Assembly (NCBI RefSeq): GCF_006345805.1
Contig: NC_043002.1
Span: forward strand, 86,614,001 to 86,678,000
Reading direction: 5' to 3'
Origin: Octopus sinensis
Taxonomy: Eukaryota
DNA: 64,000 nt
In this document: positions 27,115 to 38,289 of the stretch, piece after piece
Layout of the letters: every line of letters starts with the position of its first letter
Position numbering within the stretch: the stretch's first letter is position 1
Position numbers and translations under genes: made by a program
The notes under the pieces: model-generated
The model's input: the letters and a program-made list of their open reading frames with translations, nothing else
Told to the model about the DNA's origin: nothing
The model's database searches: none

Positions 27115-27250
27115 TCATAATGCAACTTTCAGTTTTGTAGAGAGAAAAACAGCCAGACGGAGGGAAATATTTTTGGATCTTCTATATATATGAAGAATTT
27201 CCCTCCGTCTAGCTGTTTCTCTCTCTACAAAACTGAAAGTTGCATTATGA
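27115..27250. repeat. Near-perfect hairpin, 54-bp arms, 28-nt loop
   Basis: Arms 27115-27168 and 27197-27250 differ at 2 positions. Confidence 0.9.
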
Positions 27251-27507
27251 AACAGTCATTTTAACGAGAATTTTTATTTATTTATCACCTGACGAGATAT
27301 GTCTGCACCACCAGATACTCCTGAACCAGTTTTTGTGTGTCCCGCAAGAGGAGTCGATACTAGATGTGTCAAAGCAATTGTTGTGATTAATAATTCTCGT
27401 ATATTCCAACTTCTGTCTTTCATTTGTTTTGTTATATGTATATATATATATATACACACACATTATATACATATTATATATATCATATATATATATATTA
27501 TATACAT

Positions 27508-28040
27508 ATATATGTTATTTAGAGATAGTAGTCCCCATCATCACACCATATAAAAGAATTTTAATTTAATACTTACTACTCATTTCTCTGCTACACGTGT
27601 TTCTTGAGGTCCTTTTATGGTTCCTTAAGCATGCAATGTTTTACAGGGACATTTCTTAAAATGTAACCCCAATCATCAGGCCTCTAAATAACTTTGTCAT
27701 AGTTCGATACCAAATACTATATTTTAATTTTAATAGATAAGTATGCGCATGTGCAAATAGATTCGCTGGACCTTGCTGTGTAAGCCATAATTTAATTTAC
27801 ACATACGCATACTTATCTGTTAAAATAAAAATATAGTATTTGGTATCAAACTATGATAAAGTTATTTAGAGGCCTAATGATTGGGGTCACATTCTAAGAA
27901 ATGTTCCTGCAAATCACTGAGTGCTTAAGGAACTGTAAAAGAACCTCAAGAAACACGTGTAGCAGAGAAATGAGTAGTATTAAATTAAAATTCTTTTATA
28001 TGGTGTGATGATGGGTCCACTATCTCTAAATAACATATAT
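27508..28040. mobile_element. Foldback element, about 245-bp inverted arms
   Basis: atatatgttatttagagatag...ctatctctaaataacatatat; the arms align along their whole length around a loop of about 35-40 nt. Confidence 0.8.
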
Positions 28041-28124
28041 TTCCTCATTGAGAATAATTTGAACCCCTGCGATGCCGGAATTTTTATTCCCTAATAAATA
28101 AAATAAAATATATTATATACATAT

Positions 28125-28330
28125 ATATATTATATAAAATCCGTTCTGTGTGTGTGTGTGTGTCTTCTAGGATCTCGGGCATCCTCCATTCGATTGCGCT
28201 CAAATTTGATGTGTAGATACCGATGATATCAGGGTGTGTATAAGTCTTGAAAATATTACAAATATCGATTCCAGGTGAGAATGCGATTGATAAAGCTGTG
28301 GGAACATGCATTTGTACACGCAAGTACATC
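28125..28330 (+). mobile_element. Helitron/Helentron-like 5' fragment
   Basis: tattatataaaatccgttctgtgtgtgtgtc...gatctc...cgattgcgctcaaattt is a typical 5' architecture; no 3' hairpin found. Confidence 0.4.
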
Positions 28331-28339
28331 AGCTGTGCA

Positions 28340-28930
28340 AAAGATTGACATCTTCCTTGTGAAACATCAGTCAAAATGCATAGAACTCCATTTGCAAGAT
28401 TTTTTGAATGGTTGGACAGGCAGCAGAGTCACTGGATCACACCTGGGTATATCAATGCTGTAACCATTGTTGCAAAAAGGAAAAATATTTCCTACCATGT
28501 CTTTCAGAAGATTTTTCAGCACCTTCTTGATTTTGGCCATTGGCTCAGCCTTTGTGTTGCAGGCAGAGCAGTTGTTGTTTTTCTCAACCACAGTCCACAC
28601 ATAATGATCCATGGGATTACAATCAGGGGAATTTGAAGGCTAGAAATTGGGGCTGGTAAAGTCGTAGAAATTCTCTGACAACCACTTCTGACTCTTTCAG
28701 GAGGTATGGTAAGGAACTAGATCTTGCTGCCACACATATTGCCTTCCAACAGCAATCCTCTCTACCCAGGATTGATTAGTCTCCAGCAGTTTCACATAGC
28801 CATCTGAATTGAGCCTGAGACTCTGTTCAAAGCTGTAGGGTAGCATGTTATCAAACTCACTGGAGACACACCCAAAGACCATTACAGTCTCAGGGAACTT
28901 GATTTACAGGATGTCCATGTCACATTTTAC
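28340..28930 (-). mobile_element. Degenerate maT (DD37D) Tc1/mariner transposase, C-terminal half
   Basis: MVFGCVSS...LRLNSDGYVKLLE...YVWQQDLVPYHTS...NSPDCNPMDHYVW...CNTKAE. Confidence 0.8.
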
Positions 28931-29589
28931 AGCCTCTACATAGAGTATTGAGAAGCAGTCATGATGTGAACATTTTGATACCCACTAGGAGTCATTATGA
29001 TACAACTAACTTTCTTCCAATATTTAATAGCTTCCAGTCCTCCATATCAGCTAACTTTTTCTCAACTACAACTTTAATCTTTATGCTCTCTAGTACAAAC
29101 ACCCCGTATTTTATTGATCCCAGAATGATGAGAGAGGCAAAAGTCACTCAGCTGCAAAATAATTTGAACTATGATCATCAAGGGAAGTAACTAAATACTG
29201 TAAAGCATTCAATCTGTCACTTGACTTTTCCTACCACCTCATGATGAAAATGATGTTAATAATAATTATAGATGAATTACAAAGACTTGTTACTTTACTG
29301 ACGATTTTAAAAGTATATTGGGAAAGTACTCAAGATGAAAAGTGTATTTTGGCATTATATGTAAAACACACACGATTCAGAGGTGTGTTTGTATGTGTAA
29401 TCATGCCACTTTATGTCTAAATTTTGTATGTATGTATGTATGTGTGTGTGAATGTGTTCATGGACAAAGTAAGTGACTATTATGAATGACTTTTTGAGTG
29501 TTGCATGTACGTGTGTGTGTGTTACTGCTAATGTCTTGTTGTTGTTTCTTTCTATTAAAAAATGTTGAAAAACATTTTAACATGATGTA

Positions 29590-29760
29590 AAAAGCACCCA
29601 CTACACTCACGAAGTGGTTGGCATTAGGAAGGGCATCCAGCTATAGAAACACTGCCAGATCAGACTGGGCCTGGCGCAGCCTTCTGGCTTCCCAGACCCC
29701 AGTTGAACCGTCCAACCCATGCTAGCATGGAAAATGGACGTTAAACGATGATGATGATGA
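29590..29760 (+). mobile_element. RTE 3' tail fragment
   Basis: ggttggcattaggaagggcatccagc...ccatgctagcatggaaaatggacgttaaacgatgatgatg. Confidence 0.8.
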
Positions 29761-30384
29761 TAACAGAATTCTTGATTTGAGGCTTCTAGGGTCCAAATCC
29801 TCTTGAAATTTTTTCAAGCAGGAGGTTTACATAGGTTGAAATATTTTATTGTGACATTGTGTAGTCAAGTCTAAAAGACAAAAGAAATACATTTACGCAA
29901 CCAGAAATTAAAAATTAGTACCATCTAGTTGTACACACTGATTGCCAGCATAGACTATCATCATTAGTTTCACCAAATCTATTTTTTAAATTGCAGATAC
30001 ACACTAAGAGCCACTACAAATTATTCTCCTTGGTTTCATCAGATCCATTTGTTTATGATACATAATAACTTCCAACACAAGTCATCATCCTTAGTTTCAT
30101 CAGATCTATTTTTGAACTGCTTACAAATTTCCAACACAAACAATCGTCTGTGTGTGTGTTACTGTACTGTGTTTGTCCTCCTCCACCTCTTGAAAACTGG
30201 TGTTGGTTTGTTTACGTTCCCGTAACTTAGCCGTATAATCAGAGATTGACAGAATAAGTTCCAGACTTTTTAAAAAAATGGTAAGTACCTGGGTTCGATC
30301 TGTTCAACTAAATCTTTGAGGTCAGTGCCCCAGCATGGCCCACAGTCAACTGACAGACAGAAAAAGAAAATTCAACTTTGACAT

Positions 30385-30797
30385 TCTCTCTTTTACTTGT
30401 TTCAGTCATTTGACTGGGGCCATGCTGGAGCACCGCCTTTAGTCGAGCAAATCGACCCCAGGACTTATTTTTTGGAAGCCTAGTACTTATTCTATCGGAC
30501 TCTTTTGCTGAACCGCTAAGTTATGGGGACGTAAACACACCAGCATCGGTTGTCAAGCAATGTTGGGGGACAAACACAGACATACAAACATATACACACA
30601 TGCACATACATATATATATATATCTACATATATACGACAGGCTTCTTTCAGTTTCCGTCTACCAAATCCACTCACAAGGCTTTGGTCGGCCCGAGGCTAT
30701 AGTAGAAGATACCTGCGCAAGGTGCCACGCAGTGGGACTGAACCCGGAACCTTGTGGTTGGTAAGCAAGCTACTTACCACACAGCCACTCCTGCGCT
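30385..30797 (-). mobile_element. CORE-type SINE, young full-length copy
   Basis: Complete family structure. Confidence 0.85.
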
Positions 30798-31672
30798 GTA
30801 TTTTGACAAGTGCATTTCTCTTCAGAGTTTAGTCGACTATATAGTTTACAATTTACATTATCGTTAGTTTCCAAACATGATTATTATTACCATGTAGTTC
30901 AGTTACTTATACTTGCTTATACTATATCTATATTTTTTTTTAATCTATAGATTGAGAAGGGAGGCAACTCTTAAGTAACCTGATATGTGAGAAAAATTCA
31001 ATAAAATCATTAACTCTCTCTTTGGTTCTGTTCATGAACCAGAGAACCCAACAAAGCGATTAGTCCTTTCCATAATAACTCAAACGCTGCTATCCTAAGC
31101 TAGCTTTAACCTCATATACCTCCACGTAGATCTATTTCAATATTTGGAAATACATATTGCGTTGTATATCATTCCAAGAAGAGCAGCCTCTCTTTTTTCT
31201 TTTCTTTCTTTCTTTCTTTCTTTTTTTTTTTTTTGTTAGAAGCGTGGTCCACCTGATGATGAACCATGATTAAAGCATGCTTCTCGGAAAAAGTTGCCCC
31301 ATACCTGATCAACTCCATATCTCTGTCAAAAGACACTCGCACGCGCGTATATGTATTTGATGTTGACTAACTAATGATCAGCAGTAACCAATTAACTTAA
31401 TGCAAACACGATGATGCAGGCAGTAAAAACAGACCTCAAAATATGTGTGTGTACGTACATATAACAGGGATGACCACTAAGTGGACATCCATTATGCTAG
31501 AAGTCTTACCACTAAGAAATGTCCGTTTAGTGGTCATCACTCTTATATGTATGAAATATAATTTTTCTGAATCTTCAGATTTTTCAATATGCTAGGCCAC
31601 TAGTTTTAAATTGATATTAATCAAATTAATATTCAATTTTTCACCCTACATACATACATACACGTGTGTGTA

Positions 31673-31703
<31 letters not shown>

Positions 31704-31729
31704 TGTGTGTGTGTGTATGTATATATATA

Positions 31730-32258
31730 TGATGGTGATAGATCTCCGTCGTTCGACTATGCCGGTTCACTTTGTTTGATCAGCTGAATTTCGTGCTCTT
31801 GAATTTGTATGCAAGTAGCTTAGCATTCTACAGACACGTGTACCTTCAAGTAGAATCAGTTGCCTAGAATCTCATGTAAATATTCAACAACTCTAACATG
31901 ATAGATAGATACTGCAAGAGGTTGGAGGGGCAAAGAGGGAGAGAGTATGCACAATATAGCCGAATAGTTAAGAAATTTGTTTCGCAAGCACTTGGTTCCC
32001 GGTTCAACTTCAATGTGTGGTATCCTGGGCAACTGTCATGTTCTATAGATTCGAAATTGAACTGAATCGACAGAAACTATATAGAAGCCATCCGGGTGGA
32101 TTGTACCTGTAACTAAAAAAAAATAAAGCCTGGTTACACTGATTCTACTTGAAGTTACACGTGTCTGTGGAATGCTAAGCTACTTACATGTAAATTAAAG
32201 AGCAGCTGATCGGACAAAGTGAACCGTCATAGTCGAACGACGGAGATCTATCACCACT
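31730..32258. mobile_element. TIR element (54-bp TIRs) in TA repeat, probably a Tc1/mariner-type MITE, with nested SINE
   Basis: tggtgatagatctccgtcgttcgactatg (31733) and its inverse ending at 32256; (TA)n on both sides. Confidence 0.75.
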
Positions 32259-32269
32259 ATATATATATA

Positions 32270-32565
32270 TAATGACCGATCAGGCTATCAGATGTTGCTA
32301 CACATCGCTGGTCACAATGCGCTTCGCATTGTTTTAGCCTTCAGATGACGCCACCCCGCTGGCTAAGCGAGCAGGCCAACAGAAGAAAGAGAGAGAAGTT
32401 GTGACGAAAGAGTACAGCAGGGATTGCCACCACCCCCTGCCGGAGCCTCGTGGAGCTTTAGGTGTTTTCGCTCAATAAACACTCACAACGCCCGATCTAG
32501 GAATCGAAACCGCGATCCTACAACCGCGAGTCCGCTGCCCTAACCACTGGGCCATTGCGCCTCCA
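32270..32565 (-). mobile_element. tRNA-derived SINE (third family)
   Basis: Reverse-complement homologue of 26872-27080, with a longer middle. Confidence 0.8.
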
Positions 32566-32784
32566 CACACACATATATATAGCTCAAATGTACAGAAGAC
32601 AAAAGACGAAGGCAGGTTAGGAAACAACACGCAGGTGTATTAGTTTGACGTTCGGAAAAAATGGAAGTCTTTGACGCTTTCAGCTTACGCTCTTCGACAG
32701 AAAGGGATGAGCGGGAAAATGGAGAGAACGAAAGAAAGGAGAGAGAGAACCGAATGTGCATATAAACATCACAACATAAACGGC

Positions 32785-32975
32785 AAAATGCTTAGCGGTA
32801 TTTCGTCTGTCGTTACGGTCTGAGTTCAAATTCCGCCGAGGTCGACTTTACCTTTCATCCTTTCGGGGTCGATAAATAAAGTACCAGTTTCGCACTGGGG
32901 GGGGGGCGATGTAATCAACTTAATCCCTTTGTTTGTCCCCTCTATGTTTAGCCCCTTGTGGGCAATAAAGAAATA
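32785..32975 (+). mobile_element. SINE (family of 20270)
   Basis: gagttcaaattccgccgaggtcgactttacctttcatcctttcggggtcgataaa. Confidence 0.8.
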
Positions 32976-33685
32976 TATATATATTATTTAAATGCAAAAA
33001 GTAACTTCTCAATCACCTTGTGAATATGTGTGTGTTTGTGTGTAACGATGACGTGTATAAATGGACTCAATAACATTTGGAAATGTTTTTCATATAATAA
33101 GCAGTCTAAGCTTTTGGATATTGGCCGTATAAACTGAAGTCTATACGTAGAAGTTAATTAGATTTGATTGATACTTAATTTAAATTCCTCGAAGTTAATT
33201 GTTGAAAGAGGAGTATGCAATGTCCGAGAATTAGCATTGCGAAAGAAGGAACCATATTATGTTTGGGGGCAAATAATTTCACCATCGTGATCTACTTTCA
33301 GTTTCCTTTAGCGTTACGATAACCACTGAGCGTTCAACAAAAGATTGCAACGATGTCTCGCGCTATTTTAGCAACAACTAATTCAGAGACTGACGATATC
33401 TAAGTTAAACTCTTACTTCAAAAGTCCTACCTACACTGCTAGTATTTTATAAGATGCATTTTTCCTCAGTCAAAGGGAAGTTCATATGGCGGTTGTTGTT
33501 TGGTCCCAGGTCATCTATGATCAAGCAGCCTTGTCTTTTTCTTTTCTTATCTGTGTCATGTTTTTTAAAGACAATACAGTGTACTTTGAGTGAGATGTAG
33601 TTGTTATTTCTAGCGAATCAAGTGATTAGATAGAAACTCAGTGTCCAGTATATTGAACATGCAATATAATTTGTTTTGTCAATAA

Positions 33686-35877
33686 TCATTTCCATCTTAT
33701 TTTGGAGGAAATCCGCAACCGTTCCCTGAAACTTAGCAGTATTTTGATTGCCAGTGGAGTAAAAAGTCACCAGTTAGTTGGCCTAATCGTCGATTTTTGC
33801 AGAAGAACAGTGTAAAAAGTAACTATGATAGATATAAATGTTCATCTACTTACACTCTCGATGAATTTATAGCCATTCCAAAGTAATATAAAATAAAATT
33901 ACATTATTTTTAATGACAAATGCAAAAGACGACAACGTCCAATCACTTTATAAAATTAGAACATCTTTTCTTGATCAGCAGAAGTTAAAACTTCCTAACC
34001 TCGCAAATTACACGTTGAAAAGCGTAAAGGTATCAATTAGATTTTAATAGATAAAGAGTATTATATTCTTTTACGAAACGTCTTTTTTTTTTTTTTTTCA
34101 ATGTAATTCAATTTTCAATTATAGCTTCAATTTCTTCTTATCTAGCTCTTGTCTCTTTTTCTTGTATTTCATTATCTCATCGCTTGTGTGAACTGATTCT
34201 ATCTTCACCCAATTGTTGTTGACAGATGCTTATTAATGCTGACCCCTGACGAACAGCTGCTTATATATAATATCCGGCTTGAAAATCAACAATGATTTTA
34301 GGCCTGTTCTTTAAAACCTATATCGATAAATGGTCATGTTAAAAAAGACACATTTCGGCAGAACGACAAGCTCAACTTTCCTGTGAAACCTGGACTCTAC
34401 CACGTGAATATGGGCAGCCGTCTTCAGTGCAAACTCAAAATCAAGATAATTCACATAAAGAATTCAAAGATTGTGAGAGAATTTTCGCCAGGTATGTAGA
34501 AATTAGTAATATAGTAATGAAGGAATTACAAACATGTATGCATAAATGTAATCTTTTACTAGTTTCAGTCACTGGGCTGCTGTCATGCAGGGCCACTGCC
34601 TTTAGTCCATCATAACGACTCAGGTACACATTTCAGTCATTTTACTTTAATAAGTATGTTTTAAAGACTAAGATAAACATCAACACAGACCTACATATGC
34701 ATATATATGATGGGCTTCTGCAACATATACATCAACTACTTTCGCTCAACTCGAGATACAAAACAATTGTATGTATATAATTCTGTTATAGAGCTGTTCA
34801 ATGGAGTGGAATATGAATCGAGATGGTTGCGAATTTAACTTCTTAACCACACAGCTATGCCTGCATGTAACACACACACAAGCGTTAGCAGGCTAGCTTA
34901 AAGATAGCGAGTTGTTACAGAAGTTTCACTCCAGACAACCAGATCTATTTATACAAATAACATGTTTCCGGTTGGATTTCGCTTGGGGTATAAGCATAAT
35001 GGTGGTCAAGTATGCGAAAGAATTATTGGTACCAGTAGCGTAGACTGGACCCGGTTTGCGCACACACGATATATACTTGTATATATCGTAAATATACAAG
35101 TATATATCGTACAGGCGCCAGTCAGCTCGTAGGATCGACTGCCTATGTCTAGCTAGCACGGACGCACGTCTGCGCGTGTGCGCAAACCGGGTCCAGTCTA
35201 CGCTACTAGTACCAGAATTATTATTGCCATTCATGAACAATATACTCTTTAATTGTTTATTTCATGGACTTGCTGTTCTTTTGATTTGAGTAAATTACGA
35301 TGGTCTTCTTCAATTACTTAAAACTATTATCTCTATAACAATGTTATGTTCACTTGTTTAAACTTCTTATTGCTGAACCATTATCCTATCATGATTGACA
35401 GAAATGGGTTAGCAGAATCGTCAAAAAAATACTTTGCACTATTTGTTTGGAACTTTTATGTTCTAAGTTCAAACCATTCGGAGGTCAAATTTATCTTTCA
35501 TTTTTTTCTAGTGTCAATAAAATAAAATATCAGTTAAATACGTAGATATCAATGATATCACTCTAACTAGTTACCCCAAATTTCAGACTGTGTACCTATA
35601 TAAGAGACACCATCGATTGATGTTTCACTAGAGAATAGCGGGCATCGTTAATTGATGTTTCAGAATTTTCATATGGATACGGCAATAATCAACTGACGCC
35701 CGAGCGTCAACTTCGTCAAATGCGCCTAAGCGTAAGCGACTCTTATCGATGGGAGAAATCAAGTCGCAAATGGACGGTTTTATACAGCAGAAGTTCTTTT
35801 CTGACGTTCCTTCATCATCAGATAAGATAGATGATGATAGCACAGAAGAAAGTGACACTTCAACTAGCTCTGAATGA
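33686..35877 (+). pseudogene. Candidate spliced pseudogene of unknown product (exons about 33686-33882, 34226-34491, 35664-35877)
   Basis: GT-AG junctions are phase-consistent (2 then 1). Three in-frame stops could each arise from a single C>T change. The C-terminal frame has PKRKR and an acidic tail. Confidence 0.4.
35027..35214. mobile_element. MITE with about 40-bp TIRs
   Basis: tggtaccagtagcgtagactggacccggtttgcgcacac and its inverse; direct repeat agaattat at 35019-35026 and 35214-35221. Confidence 0.8.
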
Positions 35878-37280
35878 GAAAAAGTGCACCGAATTTTCTG
35901 CATTTGTACATTCGCTTGACAATAACAACGCGGGAATCTCAATTATGCTCCAATGATTTTATTGCCCTATTGTCTTTATTTTTATAATTTAAGAGAGTTA
36001 AAATATCATTTGATAGTTTTTTTGTGTGTGTTCATGCAAAGTGAAAATAAGTAAAAAAAAAATTATCTTTAAGGAAAATATTCTTGTTTTTGCTCTTTTG
36101 ACACACATTTATGCAACCCCTACACCACCCCGTTTATTGGTTAAGGGCGTTAGAGCAACGAGCAAGATTCAGTTATCTTATGAGTTCAAATCCTGCTAAA
36201 GTCAGCTTTGTATTTCATCCCTCTAGGGTCGGTAAAATAAAGCATCAGTCAAATGATACTTACTCCCTTTCCTCAAAACTGCAGGCTTTGTGCTTAAATT
36301 AGAAATAATAATTTTAGCTCTTTATGTTCACGGTTCAAATCTCACCGCGGTCCAGTTTGCCTTTCGCCCTCCTAGAATTGATAAAATATAGTATCAGTTA
36401 AACATTGAACCCGCTGCCTCAAATTCCAGGCATGTGTCTATATTAGAAATAATTATCGAGAACGTTAGAGTGGCGGACAAAATGCTTTGCAATCTCTTGT
36501 AACGATTCTTTACGTTCTGAGTTTAAATCCGGCCCTGACCAACTTTGCTGTTCATCTACCCAAACTCGGTAAAGTAAGTCTTAGAACAGGGATTGATGTA
36601 ACGGATTAAACTCCTTCCTTCAAAACTGCTGGCCTTTGTGCCTAAACTGGAAACTATTATTATTGCTATTATTTATTTGCGAAACTGAAAGGAAAGCTCC
36701 AATTCGAGTGAATGTTTTATTTCAGAAAAAAAAAAAAAGAATGCAACCCGCTCAAATTGATGGTAAACGTAACGAAATCAGTAAATGTAGTTACATAAAG
36801 GATCATTGCGCAAGGCAAATTAATGTTTAAGTAAATAAATTATTCTTGTGTTTGAATTTACAAACATAAAAACGGAATAATTTATGCAGTTGCTTAACTT
36901 GTAAGGAATCGTTATAGAGTCAGAATGCCTTGGGGTATGTTCCGATTCTCTGCACAAATTGCACCAACGTCAACTTCGTTATCATTTCAGGGCTCAAAAA
37001 AAAGTACCAATCTATCGGATGATGCCTTGCGATATTTGTTTCCGCTCTGAGAGATCAACTCGTGCCATAGACTATTTAGGTGGTAAACTTAATCCGCCAT
37101 TCCAAGGAGGTTTAACCTCCTTAGAACTTTGGGTGTCTTTAGCGAAGTTTACTCTTATTGCAAGCACGCGGGGCAGGTCTTTGCTTTGAGGATATCTGTC
37201 TCCTTTCCATCACACCCTGAGGTTTTGTAAAAAGGTCACATGGACTAAAAGATAAAACAGACAGAAAGGGAAAACAACTG

Positions 37281-38028
37281 AAATTTCGGTAAATTTTTAG
37301 ATTAACACCCGCACGAAAAAAAAAAACTCGGAATTTTTTGCGTGGAATCAAGTACCCTGACCTCCTAATATGCTGCAAATCCCTTATTTTGGTTCGGAAA
37401 AAAGGGGGGCGAGGTGGGATATATTTAATAACGAACCATGTAATTCACACTCTGGAAAATTTATTTCTGTAAAATGTTTTTTTTTCTTAAACACATAAGA
37501 TATAGTCTATAAATTTAGGATGTTTTGTCATCAGAATATATATACTTTCTCACACAACAATTAAGATATATTTATTTTAAATCGCTTATTTATTTATTTT
37601 AAATCGTTTATATATGTATTTTAAATCGTTAATCTTTCTCCCCCCCCCGCCCACACACACAAATTAGTTTGGGCGCGATTTTAATATTTTTTTTCCTTAG
37701 TGAAAATCGTGCGGGTGAAAAGATCAATGGGGATGGGGGTGAAATTTCTGAGGTTTCCACCTCACCCCACCCCGTTTTTCGGACCCCAACAAGGGTTTTG
37801 TAGCATAATAGGTTACAGGAATGCATTCAACGAAAAAAAAAAAATTTCCAATGATTCCGGGATGGAGAGGGGTCCCCCCACCCACTATTTTTCCGGGCCA
37901 AAATAAGGGATTTGCAGCTTATTAGGAAGGTCAGGGTACTTGAATCCACACAAAAAAAATCCGAGTTTGTTTTTTTTTTTTCGTAGTGAAAATCGTGCGG
38001 TGTTAATATAAAAATTTATCGAAATTTC
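37281..38028. mobile_element. Non-autonomous element with about 130-bp imperfect TIRs
   Basis: gaaatttcggtaaatttttagattaacacc...aaatcccttattttgg versus ccaaaataagggattt...ggtgttaatataaaaatttatcgaaatttc. Confidence 0.7.
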
Positions 38029-38289
38029 TAAACAATTACACACGCATCATCCCCACTCCAAACAGTGATGCAAGATAAAAAGTTTTAGATATCGCGCAAT
38101 AATGTTTTGCGTCGCTGTTTTAAAGATAGTAAACATTTTCACTTTCAAAGAGCTTCTAAAAAACGCCGTATTTTCTAACTTCGAAACAATACAACAGGTT
38201 TAAGGGGAGTAAACAGTCGATGATATCAACCCATTATTTGATAGGTACTTTATTTTATCGACTCAAGCTGTACATACAAAAAGGAAAAA

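Noticed and set aside
31256-31308. Box C/D snoRNA candidate (ATGATGA...CTGA)
   Set aside because: Only 53 nt, no terminal stem, no rRNA or snRNA complementarity that I could identify.
35628-35942. 104-aa minus-strand ORF
   Set aside because: Better explained as the antisense shadow of the plus-strand candidate exon; no splice or homology support.
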